DNA of 64,000 nt from a virus (lineage: Duplodnaviria; Caudoviricetes): IMG/VR virus record IMGVR_UViG_3300005805_000063, positions 22,634 through 86,633 of that record; one strand, given 5' to 3'. Made by a program: the position numbers and the translations under genes. Below the pieces are notes generated by a model. That model did not search any database. It worked only from the letters and a program-made list of their open reading frames with translations, and had not been told where the DNA came from. Position 1 is the first letter of the stretch. Every line of letters starts with the position of its first letter. Below, in pieces: positions 53,632-62,860 of the stretch.

Positions 53632-54596
53632 AAGAATTAACGAGAGAAAATTATCACGATTATAAAGCAGTATCCAACAGTTCACTCAACTGGCTTCTGC
53701 CGGAAACAGGCGGTTCCTTCAAGAAGTATCAGTATTATACTTCACTTGACAAGAAGCCTGAAGAGTCAGAATCAATGAGATTCGGAACATTGGTCCATCT
53801 GTTTGTGGAAAAGGGAACTATGGATATCTTTCAAAAGTGTTCTGTTCCGAGTCCTGCAATCAAAGCAGTATGTGACAGAGCTATTGAACTCGGAGGTCCG
53901 GAGTCTTACAATGTACTTGAGGCAATCAAGCAACTTGACTATCAGCCAACTTGGAGGGATGATACAAAAATGAAGAAAGTGCTTGATGAAGGCCATGGTT
54001 ATATGACTTCTATAGAAGAGGCAAGGAAGAAAGGCAAAGAGCTTGTAACTCAGGATGAGTATGATAAACTTCTATGTGTAACAGAGAATATTATTTCTGT
54101 CTGTGGTAAGGATTTTGTAAATCTTACAGATGGAGCGGAAGAAGAAATCATCCACGAATGTCCAATTAGATTTGTATGGCCAGGTACTGGCCTTATTGAG
54201 TGCAAGGCTTTGATTGATTTGATTGTTCTGAATCATAAGTACAAGACAATCCGCATCTATGACGTGAAGACAACCAGCGTTCCGCTGAGTCTTTATTTCG
54301 GATACAAAAGTTTTGAACTGGACAGTACCAATCAGATGTATCCTGTTCATGTCGAGGGTCAGGCATATAAACGTAACATTCATCGTCAGCTTGCATTCTA
54401 TGCTACTGCTGCAATTCAGAATTGGAGTGATTATACTATTGAATCAACTCACATCATCGGAGTTGAAACTCAACCTCCATACGAAGTAATATGCAAGATG
54501 GCAGATGACAACAAGGTTTTTCAAATCGGAAATATGAGGATACAAGAGGCCATGTCAATCCTCAAAGAAAACAAGATAGGAGAATATGATTTATGA
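53628..54596 (+). CDS. PD-(D/E)XK exonuclease (RecE/exonuclease VIII-like)
   Basis: YKAVSNSSL, FGTLVH, CKALID, IYDVKTT, RQLAFY. Confidence 0.85.
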   Translation: MKELTRENYHDYKAVSNSSLNWLLPETGGSFKKYQYYTSLDKKPEESESMRFGTLVHLFVEKGTMDIFQKCSVPSPAIKAVCDRAIELGGPESYNVLEAIKQLDYQPTWRDDTKMKKVLDEGHGYMTSIEEARKKGKELVTQDEYDKLLCVTENIISVCGKDFVNLTDGAEEEIIHECPIRFVWPGTGLIECKALIDLIVLNHKYKTIRIYDVKTTSVPLSLYFGYKSFELDSTNQMYPVHVEGQAYKRNIHRQLAFYATAAIQNWSDYTIESTHIIGVETQPPYEVICKMADDNKVFQIGNMRIQEAMSILKENKIGEYDL

Positions 54597-55252
54597 CAGA
54601 GAAACTTCTCGGACCAGAGTGGAGTTCTTTTCTCCCAAAAGCTGAGGATTATTTACTGCCTGTCAAAGAAGCCCTGAATGAGGAGCTTAAGATAGGTATG
54701 ACAATTTATCCTGAATCCAAAAACATCTTCCGGGTATTCAAAGAAACACCTCCTGAAAAAGTAAATGTAATCTGGCTGGGCCAAGACCCTTACCACAATA
54801 AGGGTCAAGCCACAGGTCGCTCTTTCGAGTGCGGTAAGCATCCATCCCCTTCATGGCGTAAGATTGCAGAGATTTACAAACAAGAGGTTCAGGACCATGA
54901 CCCGCGTGTTGTTCAGGGTATTCTTGATAAGTGGGTTGAATCCGGCGTATTTATGCTTAACAAAGCATTGACCGTGCGTGAGGGTATGCCTAATTCCCAT
55001 ACAAAACTATGGGAACCATTCACAAAGTATGTGCTGTCGCAATTGCTAAATGATATCTCAAATCCGAGAGCAATCGTTTTGCTGGGAACAGAAGCACAGA
55101 AACTTGTACCAAAGCATATTCCACCACATAAGGTCTTTGCTTATGAGCATCCTGCCGCATCATCTTATCAGGGTCGTCCGTGGAGAGGTAACGGTCTCTT
55201 CACTGACGTTAAACAGTTCATGGAATTTAATTCGAAACACTTTAATTGGTAA
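54593..55252 (+). CDS. ung: Uracil-DNA glycosylase family 1
   Basis: WLGQDPYH, PSWRKI, GVFMLN..LTV, LLG..AQ, EHPA. Confidence 0.92.
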   Translation: MTEKLLGPEWSSFLPKAEDYLLPVKEALNEELKIGMTIYPESKNIFRVFKETPPEKVNVIWLGQDPYHNKGQATGRSFECGKHPSPSWRKIAEIYKQEVQDHDPRVVQGILDKWVESGVFMLNKALTVREGMPNSHTKLWEPFTKYVLSQLLNDISNPRAIVLLGTEAQKLVPKHIPPHKVFAYEHPAASSYQGRPWRGNGLFTDVKQFMEFNSKHFNW

Positions 55253-55254
55253 AA

Positions 55255-56484
55255 ATGAGCTCTTATAGCGTATCAAATCCAAACATTTGGTTCTTTGTCA
55301 CTGTATCAGAATTAAGTGAGTCGGGCGTTCCCCGGCTCAGGATGCTTCCCAATCAATTTATCCCTACGGACACAGGTTTTGTTGCATGCAATACAATGTA
55401 TAATACCGAGAGTGAAATGGGTCCTCGTGGTTCCCATCCTGTAGGTACCATCTTTGCATGCAAGTCAGTGTCTATCAAGGAGAGTTCAAGAGGCACTAAG
55501 TACTACAGCACCAAAGGTCATTCTTTGATTTCCCTTGCAGGCGGTGTATCCACTGATATTCAGGATGCCTACAATCTGTATGTGAAAACCAAGGATGGTG
55601 AGGTAGAGGGAGCTCCGACAAGCAAGCGTAAGAAGAAGGAAGAGACTGTGAAGTCAGAATCCCTTATCGATAAGCTGTTGAAGGAGAATCCGATTCCGAC
55701 TGTAGACAAAGACAATTTCTATGTAGATGAAGACATTTGGGTAAGCTTGCTGTTCAACATACACCAAGGGTACAATACCATGTTGGTGGGAGATTCGGGT
55801 ACAGGAAAAACCGAACTTGCAATGCTTCTAGGCAAGAAGATGGCCAAACAAGTCAAGGTATTTGACATGGCTGCTAAGCAAGACCCTATTGCTTCTCTTA
55901 TCGGTGTTCACAGGTTTGATGGTAAGTCTGTGTTTGACAGGGCTGATTTCACCTATGCTATTGAGCAGGATGGAATCATTGTCCTTGACGAGTTACCTCG
56001 CGCACCTATGAATACCAATAACATTTTGTTTCCCGTTCTTGATTCCCGCCGTGAGCTGAACATGGATATTGCAAGTCATGAGCTTCGCAGCATTGCTGTG
56101 AATCCGATGTGCAGGTTCATTGCAACTGCAAACGAGGGCTATGAGTATACGGGTAACAATGTCATCGACCGCGCTTTGAAAGAAAGATTTCAGATTGTAA
56201 TGGTGAACTACATGCCGGAGATTCAGGAGCGTAAACTCCTTGAGAATCGTACAGGTGTGGAGAAGACATCTTCTGAAGTCATTGTCAAAGTTGGCAGGGC
56301 AATTCGTGACATGCGGAAGAAAGAAGATATCAGCTCAAGTGTCTCAATCAGGCATACCCTGTATGCTGCTGACCTTACGGCTGCCGGCATGCCTGTAGCA
56401 AAGGCCATGGAGGTTTCCTTCCTTCCCATGTTTGTAATCGAAGACGAGCGTAAGAAAATCAAAGACTTGTTATCCTCACGCTAA
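55255..56484 (+). CDS. MoxR/CobS-like AAA+ ATPase with an N-terminal extension
   Basis: VGDSGTGKTE, VLDELPRA, FIATANEG.EYTG, DRALKERF. Confidence 0.88.
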   Translation: MSSYSVSNPNIWFFVTVSELSESGVPRLRMLPNQFIPTDTGFVACNTMYNTESEMGPRGSHPVGTIFACKSVSIKESSRGTKYYSTKGHSLISLAGGVSTDIQDAYNLYVKTKDGEVEGAPTSKRKKKEETVKSESLIDKLLKENPIPTVDKDNFYVDEDIWVSLLFNIHQGYNTMLVGDSGTGKTELAMLLGKKMAKQVKVFDMAAKQDPIASLIGVHRFDGKSVFDRADFTYAIEQDGIIVLDELPRAPMNTNNILFPVLDSRRELNMDIASHELRSIAVNPMCRFIATANEGYEYTGNNVIDRALKERFQIVMVNYMPEIQERKLLENRTGVEKTSSEVIVKVGRAIRDMRKKEDISSSVSIRHTLYAADLTAAGMPVAKAMEVSFLPMFVIEDERKKIKDLLSSR

Positions 56485-58388
56485 TGGCAAAGAAGAAAGC
56501 AGTAATTAAAGACTGGATTAATCGGGACGAAGACTATGTCCACCGGGGTGATTTGCGCTCCGGTTGGGATAATGACTATGACTCGACCAGTGATTATGTA
56601 CTTGATGGATTTCTGAAACCCGATACCTCCGAAGCGGAGGTACGGGAAATTCAGAAGCTTTGTGCAAACAGGGCAAGCATCCTTGCAGACGGCAAGGATA
56701 TTGTTTTTACCATCAATGCAGATGAAAAGACGGCTAAAACCGACGGTAAGAAAGTTACCGTCGGCACAGCCGTACTGGATGACCCTACCAAGTCATTCAG
56801 TGATAAGGCAGATATCATGATGGGTCTGACCACTCATGAAATGGCGCATATCCTTCACAGTTCTTTCAGTCATCTGAAAGAAATCAATAACCACATGCAC
56901 AAATCAATCCTCAATGTTCTTGAGGATGAACGCATCGAGCATATTCTGTGTGAAGAGTTTCCCGGCTATGCAACAAATCTGGCCAAAGTCAAACAATATT
57001 TCCTTGATGAGAAATATCTTATTGAGGAAGCACTGAAGGGTGGTTCAATTTCAGACGAGCAACGCCATGCAATGGAGTTGTTCGATTTATTCTTTAAGCT
57101 TGTCCGTTATCCTAAATACATTGACCTTGATAAGATGTCGGAGTATGAGATGGAGATTGATGAAATCAAATCCATCCTTACACCATATCCCATGACCTCA
57201 AAGGCAGTGCTTCAGGCGTCCAAAGATGTCTTCAGTATCATCCACAAAAGCATTGAAAAGAAGACAAGGGAAGAAGCCTCAGGTAAGACAACAGAAAAAA
57301 GAAAGTCTGAAGAATCAGAGGGAGAAAGCAAACCCGGTGACATGTCCGGGGATATGCCCGAGAGCGAATCTCCTGTTGAATCGGATGGAGAATCCGTCAG
57401 TGAAGCTGCAATTAAGGATAAAGTACTGGATATCGAGCAGTTGATTGGTGATATGATGAAGGATCTGGATTCAGATAACGATTCTTCCAAGCATGTTGAG
57501 GTATCCAGTTCAATCAAGAACATTGACTTCACCAAGGAATTTATCTATGACCCACAGAGCAAAGCCACCTATCGCACAGGTCAGGGTAACAAAGAAGTGT
57601 ATGAAGATTATCTTAGGGATGTAAAGGGAGATGCAAAACGTCTTGCAAATTCCCTGTTCATTCGTCTGTTTTCTGAAGGCTCTGTGCTTCGTGGTCTGCG
57701 TTCTGGTAATCTAGACGAGTCTAAAATTGTCGAGGCTGTACACGGTGTAAAGACTGTTCATCTGCAGCACTCACATAAGCAAACCAATAAAATCAATATT
57801 GTATTGCTTATTGACGAGAGTGGTTCAATGGGTTATGGAACTAAGAGTTTACGATATCAGGATGCTGCAAAAGCAGGTATTATCATTGAGCAGGCGTTTC
57901 AGACATTTCCTGCAGGTCAGTTGTTTATCTATGGTTTCACAGGTGATACAATATCTCCAGATGGGAAAACAAATGACTACAATCAAATCATTCGATATCG
58001 TGAGCCTGGACTTAATGTACCATATTCTCTCGGCAGTGTAAAACCACGGTCTCAAAATCGCGATGGCGAATGCATACGTTCTGTTGCGAAACGGGTACGT
58101 GAATTCACAAATGAACCAATGATTTTCTTTGTCATCAGTGACGGCTGTCCACATTCAACTAATTATAGTGGAAATTTTGCAATGCTTGATACCAAAAATG
58201 CTGTGAAAGAAATCACTAAAATGAGATTCTTTCCTGTACAGATTGGTATTGGCGATGGCATCAAGCCCGAAGAGCAGAAAATGATGTTTGATGACTATGT
58301 GAATTACAAGGACCCCAGAGCAATGGTTGATGATTTGCGTAAACTTATTATCAGAAAATCTCACAAGATTTTCGGAATACAAGCTTAG
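56484..58388 (+). CDS. CobT-like vWA partner: N-terminal zincin HExxH, acidic linker, C-terminal vWA
   Basis: HEMAHILH..NVLEDERIE; LIDESGSM MIDAS motif; NRDG; VISDG.P. Confidence 0.88.
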   Translation: MAKKKAVIKDWINRDEDYVHRGDLRSGWDNDYDSTSDYVLDGFLKPDTSEAEVREIQKLCANRASILADGKDIVFTINADEKTAKTDGKKVTVGTAVLDDPTKSFSDKADIMMGLTTHEMAHILHSSFSHLKEINNHMHKSILNVLEDERIEHILCEEFPGYATNLAKVKQYFLDEKYLIEEALKGGSISDEQRHAMELFDLFFKLVRYPKYIDLDKMSEYEMEIDEIKSILTPYPMTSKAVLQASKDVFSIIHKSIEKKTREEASGKTTEKRKSEESEGESKPGDMSGDMPESESPVESDGESVSEAAIKDKVLDIEQLIGDMMKDLDSDNDSSKHVEVSSSIKNIDFTKEFIYDPQSKATYRTGQGNKEVYEDYLRDVKGDAKRLANSLFIRLFSEGSVLRGLRSGNLDESKIVEAVHGVKTVHLQHSHKQTNKINIVLLIDESGSMGYGTKSLRYQDAAKAGIIIEQAFQTFPAGQLFIYGFTGDTISPDGKTNDYNQIIRYREPGLNVPYSLGSVKPRSQNRDGECIRSVAKRVREFTNEPMIFFVISDGCPHSTNYSGNFAMLDTKNAVKEITKMRFFPVQIGIGDGIKPEEQKMMFDDYVNYKDPRAMVDDLRKLIIRKSHKIFGIQA

Positions 58389-58414
58389 GTTGTCGTATGT
58401 TTAAACTCGGATTA

Positions 58415-58444
58415 TGGGTGGAGGGAAGGTCCCTCCCCCATTTT
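58415..58444 (+). terminator. Intrinsic terminator
   Basis: TGGG-TGGAGGGA-AGGT-CCCTCCCCCA hairpin followed by TTTT. Confidence 0.7.
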
Positions 58445-58460
58445 CTTTAAATCAAACCAA

Positions 58461-58682
58461 ATGAAAGCAACATTAGAATTCAATTTACCGGAAGAAAATG
58501 AAGAGTTCAAGGATTCATTGGAGGGCGGCAAGTGGAAGTCGTTTGCAATATCGTTTTCCGAGTATCTCAGACAGCAGGTCAAGTACTGCGAAGAGGACTA
58601 TACAGATGACCAGTATAAGACATTGGAGAAGATCCGCGAGCAGTTCTATGAACTTCTAAATGAAGATAATTTATCATTATAG
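58461..58682 (+). CDS. Conserved small phage protein (MKATLEFNLPEE family)
   Basis: N-terminal motif is widespread in phages. Confidence 0.75.
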   Translation: MKATLEFNLPEENEEFKDSLEGGKWKSFAISFSEYLRQQVKYCEEDYTDDQYKTLEKIREQFYELLNEDNLSL

Positions 58683-58862
58683 ATGAAAAAACTACCAATA
58701 TTGGAAAACTGTTTTGAATGCAAGCACAAGGTGTTTGAATTCGATGATAACAAATGGGGTTGCGATACATGTAAGACAGAGTGGACATACTCTGGAAAGA
58801 CATGGGTCAGCAACAAGCAAAACAAAGTAAGAAAAGGAAGGTTGATAAAAGTTGCAATATGA
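58683..58862 (+). CDS. Small zinc-ribbon protein (59 aa)
   Basis: CFEC..CDTC; below the ORF-track cutoff. Confidence 0.6.
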   Translation: MKKLPILENCFECKHKVFEFDDNKWGCDTCKTEWTYSGKTWVSNKQNKVRKGRLIKVAI

Positions 58863-59119
58863 AAATCAACAGGGCAGAAAACCCAATCATTACAGGGGAC
58901 GATTTCAACCAGTTCATATCACAGCTCAAGCCAATGGAGATTGAGCTTCTTTGGGAAGAGCTGATTGAGAATGAACAAATACAGAAAAAGTTCGATAAGA
59001 TTCACGAATTGAAAAAGCTATTGGACGAACTGGAAGAAAGAATACTTGACCTTAGACATGTAAGCAACGAATACGAATACGATTTTGATAAATTCATTAA
59101 ACAGCTGAAAAATGAATAA
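58859..59119 (+). CDS. Coiled-coil hypothetical protein
   Basis: ATGA-coupled start at 58859. Confidence 0.55.
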   Translation: MKINRAENPIITGDDFNQFISQLKPMEIELLWEELIENEQIQKKFDKIHELKKLLDELEERILDLRHVSNEYEYDFDKFIKQLKNE

Positions 59120-59720
59120 AGTAAAACTAATCGGAATCTCCGCACAATCTCCCATCGACCGGATGAGAGCAGCAGAACATGTGGCAAAAATGCTCAACTA
59201 TGAATTGTTGGATTACGATGCTCCTATGCTTGAAACATTGAACTTTGCAACAGGCGTGAGTAATTCTTCCTCAGAAGAGATGGATGCTTATCTTGGACGG
59301 GAGTGGTCTTATGTACGGGAAGAGAAGTTCATGGAAGACGGAGCTGTTATATTCAAGCCTGTACGCTATCACCTTACCCCAAAGCAGATATTCACAAAGC
59401 TGAAATACAACATGCGGGATATTCATCCTGACTTTTGGGTAAATGCTTTCTATACTAATAAGTATTTTATTCCTGCCTTAGGAGGTGTTATCCCTGTAAG
59501 ATATCCTAATGAGGCTGACGGTGTCGTAGACCACGGGGGAATAATGATTCGTATTAACAATCTGCATAACCGCAATGTTGTCACAAAAGAAAATCTTCTT
59601 ATGGATAACTACGGATGTGATTATACTGTAGATGTGGATGGAGAAGGACTTATTAAACCATTGAATGAAGTACTATGCGAAATAGAGAAGCATTACCCCG
59701 ACGTGTTTACTATCAAATGA
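59112..59720 (+). CDS. Deoxynucleoside monophosphate kinase-like protein with a degenerate P-loop
   Basis: KLIGIS..., MRDIHPDFWVN, VRYPNEA..V...GGIMIRI, D.TV follow the phage dNMP kinase layout, but there is no GxxxGK. Confidence 0.6.
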   Translation: MNKVKLIGISAQSPIDRMRAAEHVAKMLNYELLDYDAPMLETLNFATGVSNSSSEEMDAYLGREWSYVREEKFMEDGAVIFKPVRYHLTPKQIFTKLKYNMRDIHPDFWVNAFYTNKYFIPALGGVIPVRYPNEADGVVDHGGIMIRINNLHNRNVVTKENLLMDNYGCDYTVDVDGEGLIKPLNEVLCEIEKHYPDVFTIK

Positions 59721-60025
59721 ATGAAGTAGCGGATATGCTTAATATTACCACAAGCACTGTCCGCTATTGGGAAGAATTTTTCAACTTTCCTGTACATCGA
59801 AACAAGGCAAATCGGAGAAGACTCACAGAGAGTCAGATGCGCAATCTGCTTGCAATCAATTATTTGATATCTATTGAATTATATACCCTGAAAGGTGCGG
59901 CAGTGAAGTACGAGAAGTGGCTTAAGAATGAGTATGTGATTCCTGAAGAATTCCTGGAAATACCAGATGGATTCAAACTCAGTACAATTGATGATGAAGT
60001 GCTACTTCCATATGAAGAAGCTTAA
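59675..60025 (+). CDS. MerR-family HTH regulator
   Basis: YYQMNEVADMLNITTSTVRYWE..RNKANRRR..YTLKGA. Confidence 0.85.
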   Translation: MRNREALPRRVYYQMNEVADMLNITTSTVRYWEEFFNFPVHRNKANRRRLTESQMRNLLAINYLISIELYTLKGAAVKYEKWLKNEYVIPEEFLEIPDGFKLSTIDDEVLLPYEEA

Positions 60026-60391
60026 TATTGCAGTTCCTATTGCAATACCCTTCCATTTTTTAATCTGTTTCTTGGTCTTTTTATGACCCATTTTTTCCGC
60101 CTCGTAAGACTCCTTCCATGTGTTGGCTACTCCCTTTGTCAGGGAGATGATGCTATCGCATAGAAGCGAGTCTTTGCGATGGCTGGCTCCTATCTTTTTG
60201 TAAAAGTCAATTTGGGTCAGCAGCTCTTTTTGCTGATTGCGAAGAATTGAATTCTCAACCGACAGCTTACCAGCAGTATAGTGGTCTGCAATCAGACACT
60301 CGAGCACAGGCTTGCGTATACGGGCAATGCTATCTGACTGACCAAAGCAATTAATGCTTGCAGCCAGCAGTATAAATACGCTCAGCTTCAT
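60002..60391 (-). CDS. Signal-peptide coiled-coil protein with C-terminal TM (spanin-like)
   Basis: MKLSVFILLAASINCFGQ signal peptide; C-terminal GIAIGTAILSFFIWK. Confidence 0.5.
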   Translation of the reverse strand: MKLSVFILLAASINCFGQSDSIARIRKPVLECLIADHYTAGKLSVENSILRNQQKELLTQIDFYKKIGASHRKDSLLCDSIISLTKGVANTWKESYEAEKMGHKKTKKQIKKWKGIAIGTAILSFFIWK

Positions 60392-60710
60392 CTTCTAAAT
60401 CTTTAACGGTTGATTTCTTAAGACGGTCTACTTCAGACCTTAGTGCGTCTTCATTCTTCTTATGAAGACGTTCAAGCTCATTATACCTTATTACCGATTC
60501 CTTGATTTTCTCTTCGTAGAGTTTTCTCTCTTCAGAGAGTGCAAGTCTTAGAGACTGCACATGGTGTATTTCAAGATTAAGCTTTGCCCTGAGTTCTTGA
60601 TTCTCAGCAGCCTTTTCATCAAGTTTTACATTCTCAATTGTCAATCCTATACTGACACCAATAATGGCTACAATGATTATCAGAAGAAACATTGTGACCA
60701 CATTATTCAT
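60351..60710 (-). CDS. N-anchored coiled-coil protein (i-spanin-like)
   Basis: TM followed by a coiled coil; overlaps the downstream spanin-like gene. Confidence 0.5.
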   Translation of the reverse strand: MNNVVTMFLLIIIVAIIGVSIGLTIENVKLDEKAAENQELRAKLNLEIHHVQSLRLALSEERKLYEEKIKESVIRYNELERLHKKNEDALRSEVDRLKKSTVKDLEDEAERIYTAGCKH

Positions 60711-60994
60711 TTAATATCCATCTTAAAATGACTCTCAAGAATAAACTCAACCCGGCTAATGGAAATCTTCATTGATTGAATGTCATTAGTAAGTTTTTGG
60801 AAATCTTCCTTAGTGGGGGCATTGGCAGCAGATATCTGCATTTGTTTGATTTGTTCGTGAGTGTCTTGTTGTTTTATTTCCAACTCACGGATTCGATACT
60901 CATGGTTCTTTTGAGTCTGTTTAAAAGAACCCCATGTAATGCCAAGCAGTACGAGATATCCTACTAGCTCTAACCAATGCATTTCCATTTCCAT
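60707..60994 (-). CDS. Single-TM coiled-coil protein (holin/hemolysin-like)
   Basis: WLELVGYLVLLGITWGSFK followed by a heptad region. Confidence 0.45.
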   Translation of the reverse strand: MEMEMHWLELVGYLVLLGITWGSFKQTQKNHEYRIRELEIKQQDTHEQIKQMQISAANAPTKEDFQKLTNDIQSMKISISRVEFILESHFKMDIK

Positions 60995-61040
60995 TCCATT
61001 CTCGATTTTTATGGGTTAAAAATAATACATTTTAGCCTGA

Positions 61041-61940
61041 TTACACGCTTTCGTTGACTGATTTCCATCGTTTTAGACCCTCTGACCAGTTAGAAATGCG
61101 ATGTCTTTTGCCTGTAAATATTGTGTTGAAAGTATCGATTGCTATACTTTGTTCATACATTGAACCCAAACCTGTATATATTCCACTTAAACTATCATTG
61201 GAACTCACTGATTCACTGATAGATACGGCAAAGACAATTCCTCTATCAACTAAATCAGTTGCAGATGCAGTTTCAGAACTGATTGCCTGAAACAGTGCAG
61301 TGGAACTAAGCGTATCTGAGGCCGACCCAGCTTCTGAAATAGACTCCGTTGTTGACAAACTGCTTTGAATGGTATCTGCAGCAGATGCAGTCTCAGTTTG
61401 TGAAGCGAAAGCACTATAAGTCGATGATGTAGAATCTGTGGCAGAACCGCTTTCTGACAGAGAACCTGCAAATGTAGCCTGTACATTGTGACTATCTGAT
61501 GCAGATGCGCTTTCAGATATTGCGCCACTTACAGTTTTTGTAGAGTTTGTACTATCTGTTGCAGATGCAGATTCAGTAATCGAAGTACCAAGTACATTTC
61601 CGCACGTACTTGTCTCAGACGCAGATGCCGACTCACTAACCGTAACTGCAAACGTCGCATTTGTATTTTCACTCTCTGTTGCAGAAGTTGATTCGGATAT
61701 TGCTCCTGCAAAAGTTGCATTACTATTCTGCGAATCAGTTGCAGTTGCTGATTCTGAAACTGACCGGGTTACAGTATAATTTGCAGAAGTAGAATCTGCG
61801 GCAGATGTTGTATCTGATTGGGAAGAAGAAAAAGTAGCAGTTACATTTGTACTGTCACTTGCAGAGGCAGACTCAGTAATGCTTGCAGTAATTGTAACAC
61901 TCCCTGCTAGTAGATTATTTAATAGTAAGGGTAGTAACAT
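61041..61940 (-). CDS. Ser/Thr-rich protein made of about 13 tandem 20-aa repeats (fibre/adhesin-like)
   Basis: Repeat consensus E-S-A-S-A-[ST]-D-S-x5-F-x3-[IV]-S. Confidence 0.8.
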   Translation of the reverse strand: MLLPLLLNNLLAGSVTITASITESASASDSTNVTATFSSSQSDTTSAADSTSANYTVTRSVSESATATDSQNSNATFAGAISESTSATESENTNATFAVTVSESASASETSTCGNVLGTSITESASATDSTNSTKTVSGAISESASASDSHNVQATFAGSLSESGSATDSTSSTYSAFASQTETASAADTIQSSLSTTESISEAGSASDTLSSTALFQAISSETASATDLVDRGIVFAVSISESVSSNDSLSGIYTGLGSMYEQSIAIDTFNTIFTGKRHRISNWSEGLKRWKSVNESV

Positions 61941-61943
61941 AGC

Positions 61944-62666
61944 TTACATTCCAAAAAATCCCTGTTGTCCGAATGGGTCAAATCCTCCGGTAAAAGCTTC
62001 AGTTTCGTAAAAGGTTATCCGTCTCCATGTAGTCGCATCGTTACCTAATGTCAACTGAGTTAACGATACGTTGTTAGTGGCGGCTGCGGTGGATTGTAAT
62101 CTGTAAGCAAACGCACTCGAAGCATCAGTTCCTGCCGTGTTCCGATATTGTGCGCTAAGACCGGTTTGGCTCCATCCTGTTCCTGTTAATGTTCCCCAAG
62201 TATTGTCATCAGCCGTATTCCAGTTTGCCACCGTGACATTAGGTGCGAAGTTCGGAGTTATTCCTGTGACCGTAATCGTAGCCGCTGCCGCTGCTGCCGT
62301 TGTTGCTATCTGTTCAGTAGCCCAGACCTTGGTATTATTATCTGGCCTAAAGACAATCATTACTCCGGTCGTATTTGTGCCAGCAGAAAAATCAAACCTT
62401 GGATTGGCAGCCCACGTTCCGTTATAAGTAGCCCAGTAAGTCTCCAACGCTACGTTGGCAGTTGCTACGTTTCTACCAATTGAAGTCCACGTCTGTCCTC
62501 CGTTAATACCAACAGAAAAAGTAGCAGTTCCTCTCTGCGTTAAATAAACCACTACTAAATCATTTGTCACCATACTTGCCGGTGGAGTCAAAGTAATCGT
62601 AGTCGTTGCGTTGGTTGCAGCGGCTCCGTCTACTGGTACACTTGTGGCTCCAAAGAAGGTGGGCAT
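61944..62666 (-). CDS. Beta-rich virion/fibre-associated protein (240 aa)
   Basis: T/A/G/W-rich; TLTPPASMVTNDLVVV N-terminus is typical of phage tail-tip domains. Confidence 0.55.
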   Translation of the reverse strand: MPTFFGATSVPVDGAAATNATTTITLTPPASMVTNDLVVVYLTQRGTATFSVGINGGQTWTSIGRNVATANVALETYWATYNGTWAANPRFDFSAGTNTTGVMIVFRPDNNTKVWATEQIATTAAAAAATITVTGITPNFAPNVTVANWNTADDNTWGTLTGTGWSQTGLSAQYRNTAGTDASSAFAYRLQSTAAATNNVSLTQLTLGNDATTWRRITFYETEAFTGGFDPFGQQGFFGM

Positions 62667-62860
62667 TAGAGATATTTTTTATACTCTGTTTCGCTGATGT
62701 CTTGGATGATCTCCTCATCCGTCAATTCATTGGAATAAATAAAAGGACTGCGTGAGAACTGAATAACTCTTACTTCGTTTTCATATCCATTGCATTCTAC
62801 GATAAGTTCAAACGTAGTCTCTGTAACTACTTTCTCTACGATCTCTACTTTAATATTCAT
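62666..62860 (-). CDS. Small acidic protein (64 aa)
   Basis: Coupled to both neighbours. Confidence 0.55.
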   Translation of the reverse strand: MNIKVEIVEKVVTETTFELIVECNGYENEVRVIQFSRSPFIYSNELTDEEIIQDISETEYKKYL

